64,000 bases of DNA from Chloroflexota bacterium (GCA_964291655.2 OZ219802.1:2464001-2528000); one strand, 5' to 3'; numbered from the stretch's first letter, positions 48,826-59,193 are shown. Translations and numbers: made by a program. The notes: generated by a model from the letters alone, not told the origin.

Positions 48826-49602
48826 TTAGCCGCTTAGCTTCACGTGAATGACTGTGGTACGGCCTTTCTTCTTTTCCTCTCTTACTTCGATGACCTTGGG
48901 AAACTTGCGAACGAGGGTCGAAAGTTGGCTCTCTCCGTAGGTTCGAGGGTCAAAGCCTGGATCAAGTTGCCGCAAGTAGTGTCCCACCGCGCCAAGAAAG
49001 GCCCATCCGTCATCCTGACGAGTCATCTTTATTGCCTTAACGAGTAGCTTTTGCGCGGCGGAGGACTTGCTACCCGTTGTTGCCGTAGATGGCTTTTTCT
49101 CTTTCGTTTTGTCGTCCGGAGGCTTCGAAACCTTCTTTGAGGGTTCCGCTATCTCGAGGTTCTCTGTGTAAATGAACGTTTCACAGGCATTGACGAAGGC
49201 TGGCGGCGTCTCGCTTCTTCCAATGCCCATGACGAAGAACCCTTTCTCTCTCGCACGCGTAGCCAAGCGTGTGTAATCCGAATCTGACGATACGATGCAC
49301 AATCCCTCAACTATGCCGTCGGCGAGAATGTCCATGGCGTCGATGATCAGCGCGCTATCTGTCGCATTCTTGCCCTTCGTGTAGGCAAATTGCTGAATTG
49401 GCTGTATAGCATATGTCTGCAACGCGTCCTTCCAGCCTTTCATATTGGACTTTGTCCAGTCACCGTAGATTCTCCTAATAGGTACAACACCAAACTTGTA
49501 CACTTCAGTCAGGAGGACCTCCAATAGAGACGGCTGGGCGTTGTCACCGTCTATCAAGAGGGCGATACGCCTATCGCTGTTTGTTGGGAGATCAGTTTCC
49601 AC
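48826..49602 (-). CDS. NYN-domain (LabA/DUF88) protein with OST-HTH/LOTUS domain
   Basis: 'ALLIDGDNA', 'RRIYGDW', 'GKNATD..IDAMD', 'SSDSDY' and 'FDPRTYG'. Confidence 0.9.
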   Translation of the reverse strand: METDLPTNSDRRIALLIDGDNAQPSLLEVLLTEVYKFGVVPIRRIYGDWTKSNMKGWKDALQTYAIQPIQQFAYTKGKNATDSALIIDAMDILADGIVEGLCIVSSDSDYTRLATRAREKGFFVMGIGRSETPPAFVNACETFIYTENLEIAEPSKKVSKPPDDKTKEKKPSTATTGSKSSAAQKLLVKAIKMTRQDDGWAFLGAVGHYLRQLDPGFDPRTYGESQLSTLVRKFPKVIEVREEKKKGRTTVIHVKLSG

Positions 49603-49732
49603 GCTCTTTCCTCCCCGCAGTTAGAAATCAGAACGAAGCGAAGCCACATTCGTATTCCTTGTCGACGTAGAGATTGTTCGCTCTCAACTTGCCTAGAGTC
49701 CACTTACAGGTCGCAGTTGCTCCATTTGACGA

Positions 49733-50749
49733 CTATCGTCCTAGCATCTCCCGCAGCTTAGGGGCGATGCGCCTGGCAATCAGCTTCATACCGGCGTCGT
49801 CTGGGTGCACGCCGTCGGGAACAAGGGCCGCATCGTTGGGACCGATGATGGAGGAGCCGTCGATGAGGCGGATGTGCCTATCGCCGCCTGCTTGGCGTTG
49901 CGCGACCACCTCGTGCTCTGCCTCACGAAGCGCGGCCACTGTGACCCCCCGCGCGTCGGGCGTCGTATCCGTGAAGTCGCCGTGGCAACTGAGGATACTG
50001 ATGACCAGGATCGGCGTGGTTGGGTGCCCGATCCGCACGAGCTCGACGAAGTTGCGGAAGGTCTCGCGCCAGGCAGCGGTGTCGAGCCAGTACGAAACGC
50101 GCACGTTCACGCCCATGAGCAAGCTAAGCACGTCGAATTCCATGTCGGCGAGCATCATCGCCACGCCGGGCTCGCCCCGCGCCCAACCGCGAAAGCCGAG
50201 ATTGAGGGGCTCGACTCCCGCCAGACGCGCCGCCTGCGCCACGTACGTCAGGCCCGGGTCGGTCGCCGTGCGGCCTTGCGTAATTGAGTCTCCGTAGGCG
50301 GCCCAGACGTATGGCGCGGGGTCAACTGGAGAGAGCTTCGCGCCGTCTGGCACACCGAGCGCGATCGGCTCAAGGCGGGTAACGTAGGGCAAGTAGAGTG
50401 CATACGTCTGAGACCCCTCTCTTGGCAGCGGAAATTCGGCGCGGATCTCACCGCCCGGATTGCGTTGACTGTGGGTGGCAACAGGCGCGTCGTCCCGCCA
50501 AAGGCTGGTGAGGCCCTCTTCCTCCGGCTGATGGCCGGAATCCCAGGCGCGGAGCGTGACACTCGCTGCGGATGTGGAAAAGACGAGACGCACGCCGGCC
50601 GTGGAGAGAGCATGCTGCCACGCGCCCACAGGATAGCTGAGGGAATCCGCCGGAGCCAGTCGCGCGACTTTCACCCGCCCGGAGGCCACGTCCACAAACG
50701 GCGCGCCGCGCAGAAAGGGGAGCAGTTCTTCACCGGAATACCAGCGCAT
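49733..50749 (-). CDS. SGNH/GDSL hydrolase
   Basis: YGDSITQG, NLGF.G, G.N and DGVHP motifs. Confidence 0.88.
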   Translation of the reverse strand: MRWYSGEELLPFLRGAPFVDVASGRVKVARLAPADSLSYPVGAWQHALSTAGVRLVFSTSAASVTLRAWDSGHQPEEEGLTSLWRDDAPVATHSQRNPGGEIRAEFPLPREGSQTYALYLPYVTRLEPIALGVPDGAKLSPVDPAPYVWAAYGDSITQGRTATDPGLTYVAQAARLAGVEPLNLGFRGWARGEPGVAMMLADMEFDVLSLLMGVNVRVSYWLDTAAWRETFRNFVELVRIGHPTTPILVISILSCHGDFTDTTPDARGVTVAALREAEHEVVAQRQAGGDRHIRLIDGSSIIGPNDAALVPDGVHPDDAGMKLIARRIAPKLREMLGR

Positions 50750-50888
50750 TCGGATGTGTCCTTCTGATTACTCGGGGTGCGTTGCTCACTGGAGGACTTT
50801 AATTTCGACTGCACTCGCAATGCGCTGCGAAGCGGGTTGGGAGTGGAGGGCAGCCGGATGAACCCCCCACCCGTGCCCTCTCTCTAAG

Positions 50889-51027
50889 GAGACCCTTGCG
50901 TAACCCTTCACCTTTGAGTGGGAAGGTTGGGATGGGGTTGAGACGACTTGACATCATGCTATCTTTAGTTATGAAGGCGCGCTGGATTCCGGCTTTCGCC
51001 GGAATGACGGAATTACGCAATGGTCTC
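50889..51027. mobile_element. 139-bp MITE-like element with 15-bp terminal inverted repeats
   Basis: GAGACCCTTGCGTAA ... TTACGCAATGGTCTC (14/15 match); carries palindromic repeats inside; no clear TSD. Confidence 0.6.
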
Positions 51028-51111
51028 TGCCGTGAGAGGGAGAAGTTCTTGCGCCTCCGGCCGGGGTTTCGCAAAATTCTCCCAAGGAGAGGAAATTCTC
51101 GCTTCAGCGTC

Positions 51112-52335
51112 TCACGTCCGGTAGTCGCTGTTGAAGATGACGTATTCGGTAGTGAGATCGCAGCCCCAGGCGGTGGAGGTGGCGTCGCCGTCCGCCAGAT
51201 CGAGGATGAACATCGATTGTTTCTTATCTAGGAGTGCGGAGGCAGCGTCCTCGTCGAAGTCCGTAGGCGTGCCGTTGTGAAAGAGGAGTATGTCTTCCAG
51301 CCAGAGCGATGACTTGTCGGGGTCGAAGTCCACGCCGCTGTAGCCCGCCGCGCACATGATACGCCCCCAATTCGGGTCGGAGCCGAGCACCGCGGTCTTT
51401 ACCAAGCTGGAGCTCGCCACACTGCGGCCTATAGTGCGGGCGGCGTCCAATGAGGCCGCACCGCGCACCTCAACGCCGAAGACCTTGGTGGCGCCTTCTG
51501 CATTGCGTACGATTTCCTTTGCGAGGAAAACCGCAACCGCGCGCAAGGCGCTCTCTAGAGCTGCGCCGGCCGCGCCGCCGTCGATTTCCGGTCCCCCGGC
51601 AGCGCCGTTTGCCAGCACCAGCACCGTATCGTTGGTGGAAGTATCGCCGTCCACGCTAATCATGTGGAAAGAATCATCCACGACCCGCTTCAGCGTCGCA
51701 TGCAGAAAGTCTCTGGCGACCGGGGCGTCTGTGGTGAGGTAGGCGAGCATGGTCGCCATGTTGGGATGGATCATGGCGGCGCCCTTGCACATGCCGCCCA
51801 CTGCATAGGTGGTGCCGTTGGCTTCAAACTGGGCCGCGGCTTCTTTGGGCCACTCATCAGTGGTCAACATGGCCGTTGCCGCTTCAAGGTGGCGCTCTTT
51901 GGCCGGCACAAGCCGGCTGATACCTTCCCGAACAGTTTCCATGGGCAGTTGGTGGCCGATCAGGCCGGTTGAGCAGACGAGAATGTCTTCGGCGTCCACT
52001 CCGACCTGAGCTGCCAGCAGTGCCGTCATTTCTCGAGCGTTCGCCATGCCCTGGTCGCCGGTGCAGGCGTTGGCATTGCCGCTGCAGTACACAATGCCGC
52101 GGGTCGTTCCGCGCTGCATGCGCTCCTGGTCGAGGAGCACTGGCGCGGCTTTCACCTTGTTCTTCGTGTAAACCCCGGCCACGGTCGCAGGACGTTCGGA
52201 GACCAGGCACCCCACGTCGCGTTTCTCGAGACTTGCATCGTACTCTTTGATGCCACAGAAGACACCGTCTGCGAGGAATCCGGCAGGGCGTGTCGCGCCC
52301 CCGGCAACCAGTCCTTCCGCGAGTTCTTCAGCCAT
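51112..52335 (-). CDS. argJ: Bifunctional ornithine acetyltransferase/N-acetylglutamate synthase
   Basis: SGNANACTG, KGAAMIHPNMATML, DGDTSTND, DPNWGRI and WGCDLT motifs. Confidence 0.97.
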   Translation of the reverse strand: MAEELAEGLVAGGATRPAGFLADGVFCGIKEYDASLEKRDVGCLVSERPATVAGVYTKNKVKAAPVLLDQERMQRGTTRGIVYCSGNANACTGDQGMANAREMTALLAAQVGVDAEDILVCSTGLIGHQLPMETVREGISRLVPAKERHLEAATAMLTTDEWPKEAAAQFEANGTTYAVGGMCKGAAMIHPNMATMLAYLTTDAPVARDFLHATLKRVVDDSFHMISVDGDTSTNDTVLVLANGAAGGPEIDGGAAGAALESALRAVAVFLAKEIVRNAEGATKVFGVEVRGAASLDAARTIGRSVASSSLVKTAVLGSDPNWGRIMCAAGYSGVDFDPDKSSLWLEDILLFHNGTPTDFDEDAASALLDKKQSMFILDLADGDATSTAWGCDLTTEYVIFNSDYRT

Positions 52336-52566
52336 TGAATTTTTTCCTTAGCTGTGTTTGCACGCCCATCCGGTCGTTTGCGCGTGGCGCTCTGGCCAGA
52401 GCCGGCTCGTGCACCGATTCACTCGTGCAGCGCATGCCGCTCTTGACTGCTTAAGACGTGGCGCCAGCGCATGCTGCGTACTGTGAGATTCCCTATGATG
52501 ATACACGAGACCGCCCAGGGTTGCGCGGCCGCTGGGTCTGCGAGCTGAATTCAAAGAAGTGGGATC

Positions 52567-53301
52567 TCACTCTTTCGCATCGTCGAGGAATGCCGCAAGC
52601 ATTTCCCGCGCGTTTTCCCTGATTGGCGGGAAGTGGCTAAAGCAGATGGTGGTAAAGTCCACGTCGAGCAGTTTGGCGAGCGATTCGCGAGCGAGTTCGG
52701 GGTCCCGGGTAAAGAGCCACGAAGGGTATTGCAGCTTGCGGAAACGATATTGCAGCGCATCGTCGACTATGAGCAATTTCGCCGGCTCCACGTAGAAGCA
52801 GATGCTCCCCTGTGTGTGGCCGGGCGTATGGATGACGCGAACCTGCTCGATTTCAGGTAGATACTCGCAGTCTTCGAGGGGATACTGTACCATTACCGGA
52901 GCACTATTGATGAAAGAGACGGCGGAAGGCACTTGCGGGAGCGCTTCGCGGCGCAGAAAGCTGGGCGCAGGTTCGTCGCCGCTAATAATCCCGGCTTCAG
53001 TGCGGTGGATCGCCACTGGCGCGCTGGTTGCTTCAGCTAGTTCCGCCAGCCCCCCGGCATGATCGGGGTGACTGTGAGTCAAGGCAATGAGCCGCACTTG
53101 TTCCAGCGCAATGCCGAGCGCTCTCAAGCCAGCCTTGATGGCTTGCAGGCTGCCGCGACTGCCTGCGTCTACCAGCACAACCCCGTCATGGGCTTGCAGC
53201 ACGGTGACGCGTGCTCCCAGTGCGCGCAATTGATGCACACCGGGCGCGATTGCGAATGGTCCTAACAGTGGGATGTCCCGCACCGCTTGCTTGCACTCCA
53301 T
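52567..53301 (-). CDS. MBL-fold metallo-hydrolase
   Basis: THSHPDH, HTPGHT and FSH motifs; start uncertain. Confidence 0.85.
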   Translation of the reverse strand: MECKQAVRDIPLLGPFAIAPGVHQLRALGARVTVLQAHDGVVLVDAGSRGSLQAIKAGLRALGIALEQVRLIALTHSHPDHAGGLAELAEATSAPVAIHRTEAGIISGDEPAPSFLRREALPQVPSAVSFINSAPVMVQYPLEDCEYLPEIEQVRVIHTPGHTQGSICFYVEPAKLLIVDDALQYRFRKLQYPSWLFTRDPELARESLAKLLDVDFTTICFSHFPPIRENAREMLAAFLDDAKE

Positions 53302-53467
53302 CAGCGTAGTGGTAGGTACGCGTTCTAAACTGAGTGACCTTGTGCCGCCGTAAAGCCGCCAAAGCACATACTAATTCCACGGTACCACGTGCGGCTGGTT
53401 TTCAGAAACCTGAGCGGCGCGTATAATACGCTTTAGATTCTCCCAATTCAAACTCTAGGAAAGCCGC

Positions 53468-55945
53468 ATGCAAACGCTCAACGATCTCTTGGAGGATTCG
53501 GCAAACCGCTTTGGCGACTCGCCTGCGTTGCTCATCAAGCCGGGCATCCGCGTGCGTTGCTGGCGGTACGGCGAGCTCTGGGAAGCTTCCGGCCGGGTCG
53601 CAGCATTCCTGCACCGTCAGGGCATAGCGAAGGGCGACCGAGTGGTCATCTGGGCGCCGAACCGGCCCGAGTGGGTATTGGCCCTCTTTGGCTGCCTGCG
53701 GCTCGGGGCGATTGCCGTGCCGTTCGACATTCGCAGCGCGCCGGATTTTGTCGCGGCAGTGCTTGGGCAGACGGAGCCGAAGTTCGCCTTTGTCTCGCAA
53801 TTCACGCCGGAGAATGCAGAAATCGAAGCCTTGCCGCATGTGAACATTGAAGACCTGGAGGACGCGCTGGAGGGTAACGATGCGGAGATTCCCCGTGTCG
53901 AAGTGGCGGCAGACGACATCGCGGAGATAATGTTCACGTCCGGTACGACGGGTGCGCCCAAAGGGGTGATTCTGACCCATGGCAACATCGTTTCCAATGT
54001 GGTTGCCGGATGCCGGGAGGTGATGCCGCAGCCGCACTGGCGCTTGCTCTCGCTGCTACCGCTGAGCCACATGTTGGAGCAGACGGTGGGTCTCCTCGCG
54101 GTGCTCTTTGGGGGTGGACGAATAGTCTATCCCGTAAGCCGCCAGCCGAGCATCCTGGTGCGCACCATGCAAGAGAACGGCATCACCAGCATCGTGCTCG
54201 TGCCCCAGGCGCTGGAACTCTTCATGAACGCCATCGAGCGGCAGGCGGAACTCACCGGCAAGAAAGAGACACTTGCGAAGCTGCTCCGCATGGCGCCGCG
54301 CCTTCCCATATGGGCGCGCCGGAAGCTCTTCGGTCAGGTGCATCGTCGCTTTGGCGGCAAACTGCGGTTTGTCATGTGCGGCGGCGCGCGCTTAGACCCG
54401 GCGTTGGCGGAGAAGTGGGAAGCGCTGGGCGTCATTGTGCTGCAGGGTTACGGCACGACCGAAGCAGCGCCGATCATTGCCTGCAACAGCTTTCAATACA
54501 AGAAGCTGGACGCATTGGGCAAGGTACTGCCGGGCCAAGAAGTAAGGATCGTGTCAGATGGCGAGATTCATACGCGGGGGCCCAACGTCACACCGGGCTA
54601 TTGGAATCAACCGGAGATTACGGAGGCATCCTTTGAGGATGGATGGTACAAGACCGGCGACTTGGGCTCTATCGACGAGGATGGGTTCCTCTATTTCAAG
54701 GGCCGCAAGAAAGACCTGATCGTGCTGGCCAACGGCCAGAACATCTATCCGGAAGACATAGAACCGCTCTTGCAGAACCATGAGGCAGTGGAGGACGCGG
54801 TAGTCGTGGGCATGCCAAGTCCGAACGGCGGCGAAGACGTGTACGCCGTGATTGTGCCAAGCGACGGATTCGAAGGCGGCGCGGTGGTAGCGGAAGTAAA
54901 TCCGCAGCTAGCCGCCCATCAGCAGATCAGAGGGTTCAGCACCTGGCCGGACGAGGAATTCCCTCGCACGCACACCCTCAAGGTAAAGAAAAACCTGGTG
55001 CTGGAGCGCCTCATTGCCGATGCGCAAGGGGAAGCAACTGCTGTGGAAACTCCGGCAGAGACTCCCAATGAAACCCAAACTCCATTGGAACAATTGATCG
55101 TCCGCATTTGCGATGTCTCACCCGCAGACGTACATGCCGACAGCATTCTGGGTACCGACATCGGCCTGGATTCCCTCGGTCGGGTGGAATTGCTCTCCGC
55201 AATTGAACAGGAACTCGGTGTCTACATCGACGAGACCGAGGTGCATCCGGAAACAACGGTTGGGGATCTGGAAGCGCTGCTGGCGCAGGGCAGCGCGAGT
55301 GAAGAGGAACGATTCCCAAGTTGGAGCCGCTCTGCGTGGTGTCGGGCGCTCCGTTTTGTACTGCACTACACATTCGTCAAGCCCGGGATAGCGCTGCTCT
55401 ACAAGGTGCAGGTCGCCGGCAAGGAAAACTTAGAGGGTCTGTCGGGGCCGGTGCTCTATGCGGCGAACCACAATTTGAGAGTTGATGCCGGAATGATTCT
55501 TTTAGCGCTCCCGGCGTCAATGCGCAGCCGCCTCGGGATCGCGGCGGCAGCCGACAACTATTTCTCGTCGCTTTGGTGGCGGGTCTTTAGCCCGCTCTTG
55601 GGAAACACTTTTCCGTTTGCCCGCCAGGGCCCCGTGCGCCGCAGCCTGGAAAACCTGGGAAACCTGCTCGACAGCGATTGGTCTGTGCTCATTTTCCCGG
55701 AGGGTGATCGGACGGATGGAGAAGTAAAGGCCTTCAAGCCCGGCACCGGCTTTGTCGCCATGGAATCACGGACGCCTATCGTCCCGATTCGCGTCACGCT
55801 CGTGAAAGAAGGGCTTTACGAGGGGGCTACCTTCCCATCGCGCGGCCACGTGAAGGTGCAGATTGGAAAGCCCTTGGTCTTTTCGCCCGGTACGGACTAT
55901 CTGGAAGCCACGGAAAAGCTTGAGCAGGCTGTAAGGGCGCTCTAG
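53468..55945 (+). CDS. Acyl-activating (AMP-binding) + ACP + PlsC acyltransferase fusion
   Basis: FTSGTTGAPKG, GYGTTE and TGDLG; GLDSL phosphopantetheine site; NHxxxxD and FPEG. Confidence 0.9.
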   Translation: MQTLNDLLEDSANRFGDSPALLIKPGIRVRCWRYGELWEASGRVAAFLHRQGIAKGDRVVIWAPNRPEWVLALFGCLRLGAIAVPFDIRSAPDFVAAVLGQTEPKFAFVSQFTPENAEIEALPHVNIEDLEDALEGNDAEIPRVEVAADDIAEIMFTSGTTGAPKGVILTHGNIVSNVVAGCREVMPQPHWRLLSLLPLSHMLEQTVGLLAVLFGGGRIVYPVSRQPSILVRTMQENGITSIVLVPQALELFMNAIERQAELTGKKETLAKLLRMAPRLPIWARRKLFGQVHRRFGGKLRFVMCGGARLDPALAEKWEALGVIVLQGYGTTEAAPIIACNSFQYKKLDALGKVLPGQEVRIVSDGEIHTRGPNVTPGYWNQPEITEASFEDGWYKTGDLGSIDEDGFLYFKGRKKDLIVLANGQNIYPEDIEPLLQNHEAVEDAVVVGMPSPNGGEDVYAVIVPSDGFEGGAVVAEVNPQLAAHQQIRGFSTWPDEEFPRTHTLKVKKNLVLERLIADAQGEATAVETPAETPNETQTPLEQLIVRICDVSPADVHADSILGTDIGLDSLGRVELLSAIEQELGVYIDETEVHPETTVGDLEALLAQGSASEEERFPSWSRSAWCRALRFVLHYTFVKPGIALLYKVQVAGKENLEGLSGPVLYAANHNLRVDAGMILLALPASMRSRLGIAAAADNYFSSLWWRVFSPLLGNTFPFARQGPVRRSLENLGNLLDSDWSVLIFPEGDRTDGEVKAFKPGTGFVAMESRTPIVPIRVTLVKEGLYEGATFPSRGHVKVQIGKPLVFSPGTDYLEATEKLEQAVRAL

Positions 55946-55964
55946 CCCCGCACCCAACCGTTCC

Positions 55965-56096
55965 TACTTCGACAAGCTCAGCACGAACGGTTGGTTGACA
56001 AGCTCAGCACGAACGGTTGGGTGGGCCGCAATGGAAGCGGCATGGAACGGTGTTTGAGGATCGTAGCAACCGCTCGTCCTGAGCTTGTCGAAGGAT
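55965..56096. repeat. Uninterrupted CTTCGACAAGCTCAG-family repeats (two direct, one inverted)
   Basis: TACTTCGACAAGCTCAGCACGAACGG at 55965-55990, partial copy near 55997, inverted CCGCTCGTCCTGAGCTTGTCGAAGGA near 56070; between convergent genes. Confidence 0.85.
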
Positions 56097-56110
56097 GGAC
56101 GGTTGCCCTG

Positions 56111-57139
56111 CTACGGATACAGCGGCTTGGTTTCCAAACCCATAGTTTCTGGTAAACCGAGCATGGCGTTGGCGTTCTGCAGTGCCTGGCCGGACGCGCC
56201 CTTCACCAAGTTGTCGATGGCGGTAGTGACAATGAGATGCCCCGTCCGCTCGTGCACGACCGGATGAATAAGACAGTGGTTGCTGCCGTAGGTCCACTTG
56301 GTATTGGGCGAGACGGCAAGCACCTCTACGAATGGCTCATCGGCATAGCGGGCCTGGTAGAGACTATCCACTGTTTGCTGGGAAATGGGGCTGGCAAGCG
56401 ACGCATAGCATGTAGCCAGGATGCCGCGGGTCATGGGAATGAGGTGCGGGACGAAGGTGACCTGCACGTCGGTATCCGCCACCGCGCTTAATTCCTGTAC
56501 GATCTCCGGCATGTGCCGGTGGCCCTGCAGCGCGTAAGCTTCCACGCTCTCATTGACTTCCGAATAGTGATTGGTCAGCGTCAGACTGCGTCCGCCGCCC
56601 GAAATGCCGGACTTGGCGTCCACGATCACGTGCGGGGGAATGAGACCTTCTGCAAGGGCAGGCGCCAGACCCAGAATTGCGCCGGTAGGATAGCAGCCGG
56701 GGTTGGCTACGATCTTGGCCTGCCGCACTTCATCACGGTGCAACTCTGTGAGACCATAGACGGCGCTCTCCAGAAATTCTGCGCAGGGGTGTTCTTGATA
56801 CCACTCCTGGTACGTTTGCGGATCATGCAGGCGAAAGTCTGCGGCGATGTCGACGACCGGCACACCGTCCTGAATGAAGGGCAGCAATGCCTCCGCCGAT
56901 GCCTTGTGCGGCAATCCGGAAAAGACGAGATCTACGTTGGCGGTAATGTCCTCTGTAATCGTCATGGTGGCAAGGTCGCCGTTTGGGAAGAGACCTGTAA
57001 ATGGGAAGACTTCACCTAGGCGCTTTCCGGCTTGGCTGCGGCCGGTGACGGACACGATCTGCATTTCCGGATGGCCGGCCAATAGCCTGATAAGCTCCAG
57101 CCCGGCATAACCGGTTACGTTCAATATGCCGATGTTCAT
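56111..57139 (-). CDS. argC: N-acetyl-gamma-glutamyl-phosphate reductase
   Basis: TGYAG, ADFRL, ANPGCYPT, HRH.PEI and DNLVKGASGQA motifs. Confidence 0.97.
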   Translation of the reverse strand: MNIGILNVTGYAGLELIRLLAGHPEMQIVSVTGRSQAGKRLGEVFPFTGLFPNGDLATMTITEDITANVDLVFSGLPHKASAEALLPFIQDGVPVVDIAADFRLHDPQTYQEWYQEHPCAEFLESAVYGLTELHRDEVRQAKIVANPGCYPTGAILGLAPALAEGLIPPHVIVDAKSGISGGGRSLTLTNHYSEVNESVEAYALQGHRHMPEIVQELSAVADTDVQVTFVPHLIPMTRGILATCYASLASPISQQTVDSLYQARYADEPFVEVLAVSPNTKWTYGSNHCLIHPVVHERTGHLIVTTAIDNLVKGASGQALQNANAMLGLPETMGLETKPLYP

Positions 57140-57311
57140 CGCAGTACTCCGCGTGCATGCTTAGTTGCGTCTGCGGACAATTCACCTCGTCCAAGCAAGA
57201 CGACGAATCTCAATTCTAGGTCAAGAACTCTCAGTCTTTTCGCACTCTAACATAACGAATGAGCCTCAATGCGGGCGTATGTTCCCGCAATCTTGGCCAA
57301 GATGTTTAGCC

Positions 57312-57383
57312 GTAGCGCGGGGGCTTGTCCCTCACAACCTGACACAATGTGCTCCGCCGTCGCGCGGGGGCTTGTCCCCCGCC
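57312..57383 (+). repeat. Two direct GTAG-REP copies
   Basis: GTAGCGCGGGGGCTTGTCCCTCAC and GTCGCGCGGGGGCTTGTCCCCCGC. Confidence 0.8.
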
Positions 57384-57515
57384 TCTTAATTGTAAACACA
57401 AGCGTTAGGTCGACTAATTGACGAGAATCCCTACTGCACAGACTCGAATGACAGATTGAGAAACACAGTGGGGAATAGAAGTCTAGTGTAGCGAAACGCA
57501 GCAGAGTCGTAAAGC

Positions 57516-58388
57516 TCACCGCATCACGAGCATCAAGACGATAACTGCCGCCAGCCCAATGCGATACAGCGCCAGCGGCCAGAGGCGGCCGCGCTGTAAG
57601 TAGCGCAAGAATACTCGAATGCAGAGATACCCCACCACCAGTGCGCTCAAGAACCCGACAACGAATATGGTACCGCCGTCCCCGCTCAGGGCTGCGCCAT
57701 CGAGATGGCGCGCTTCCCACACCCCCGCGCCAAAGATGACCGGTGCCATGAGTAGGAATGAAAACCGTGCCGCTTGCACCCGGCTCAAGCCTAGCAACAT
57801 GCCCATCGTGATGGTGCTGCCCGAGCGGGAGACCCCGGGCACGATTGCCAAAGCCTGGGCAAGACCGATAAGCAGGGCTCCTCGCCAACCAAGGTGATCG
57901 CAACCGCGCTCGCCGGTGTGTCGGGCGTCCACAATCCAAAGTATGACCCCAACCCCGGCGAGCGTAGCTGCAATGATCCACGGAGAGCGCAGCACTGTCG
58001 CCGCAGCCTCTTCGAGCAGCAGACCGGCGACTACCGCGGGCAGCGTGGCGAGCACGAGCAGCCACGCCAGCCGGCGGTTGGGATCGGCCTGGATGTCCCG
58101 CTCCCGGATGGAAGTGAGAAACGCAAGCGCAAGCGCCAGGACGTCACGCCAGAAAACCGTAAGCACGGCAAGGAGCGTGCCGACGTGAAGCGCCACCGCG
58201 AAGGGCAGACTATTCAGTACTGGCGAAGACCATTGGAAGGCCCAGGGCAGAATAGCGAGATGGCCTGAACTGGAAATCGGCAGGAACTCGGTTATTCCTT
58301 GCACGACCCCCAAAATTGCGGCTGCAGCGACATCGTTTCCCCACCACGCCGTCTCTTGGGCGGCATTCGCAATGCCCAGAAATGACAT
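57516..58388 (-). CDS. uppP: Undecaprenyl-diphosphate phosphatase
   Basis: QGITEFLPISSSGH and PGVSRSGST motifs. Confidence 0.96.
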   Translation of the reverse strand: MSFLGIANAAQETAWWGNDVAAAAILGVVQGITEFLPISSSGHLAILPWAFQWSSPVLNSLPFAVALHVGTLLAVLTVFWRDVLALALAFLTSIRERDIQADPNRRLAWLLVLATLPAVVAGLLLEEAAATVLRSPWIIAATLAGVGVILWIVDARHTGERGCDHLGWRGALLIGLAQALAIVPGVSRSGSTITMGMLLGLSRVQAARFSFLLMAPVIFGAGVWEARHLDGAALSGDGGTIFVVGFLSALVVGYLCIRVFLRYLQRGRLWPLALYRIGLAAVIVLMLVMR

Positions 58389-58407
58389 TGATGACCTTGG
58401 TTCCTGT

Positions 58408-59193
58408 CTAGGTGTTGCGGCGCGTTTGTTCTACGTGCCTAATGCTGCTGACGATTGCGGCATTTCCTGCGACGACGGAGCCGATCTGCGGTTGGATCAC
58501 AGGGTTACCGTCCACTGTAACAATCTCGCCGCCGGCTTCTCGGACGATCAACACTGCTGCGGCCATATCCCAGGCTTCCAACCGGTGGTGAAAGAAGCCG
58601 CTGAGACGTCCAGCCGCTACATAGCACAAAGCCAGCGCTGCCGATCCGGTGATGCGCAGCCCCGCTACCAGGGGCCGCAGCGCTGCCGCGAGTGCCATGC
58701 TCTCCGAGGAGGCCGGTTCGTTGTGTCCCAAGTCAAAGCCGAGCAGTGCATCATGCCAAGCAACATCTTGTCGCACGGCAATTGGTTCGCCGTTCCACGT
58801 CGCGCCCTTTCCTGCTTCGGCCACGAAGAGATCATCCAGCAAGGGATCGTACACCACGCCCACGACAGGCCGCTTCTGCTCGACAAACGCAATGCTCACA
58901 GTGAAGAGCGGAAAGCGATTAGCAATGTTGAGAGTGCCGTCGATAGGGTCGATGATCCACGTCGGCTCATCGGACAGCGGACGGTTGACCGTCTCTTCGG
59001 TTAGAATGCGATGACTGGGAAACGCAGAGTGAATCTGCTCTTGGATGAGGTCGTTTGCGGCCAGGTCGAGGCCGGTGACGAAGTCACCGCGCCCTTTGGT
59101 GTGCACTATGGCAGCGCTGGCAGCGTTGTCACGTAGGTACGCCCCGGATTCCTGAGCTGTGGCAATGGCGACCGCAATGGGTGACGGGGGCAT
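58408..59193 (-). CDS. Inositol monophosphatase family protein (SuhB-like)
   Basis: WIIDPIDGT and WDMAA..LIVREAGG motifs. Confidence 0.92.
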   Translation of the reverse strand: MPPSPIAVAIATAQESGAYLRDNAASAAIVHTKGRGDFVTGLDLAANDLIQEQIHSAFPSHRILTEETVNRPLSDEPTWIIDPIDGTLNIANRFPLFTVSIAFVEQKRPVVGVVYDPLLDDLFVAEAGKGATWNGEPIAVRQDVAWHDALLGFDLGHNEPASSESMALAAALRPLVAGLRITGSAALALCYVAAGRLSGFFHHRLEAWDMAAAVLIVREAGGEIVTVDGNPVIQPQIGSVVAGNAAIVSSIRHVEQTRRNT

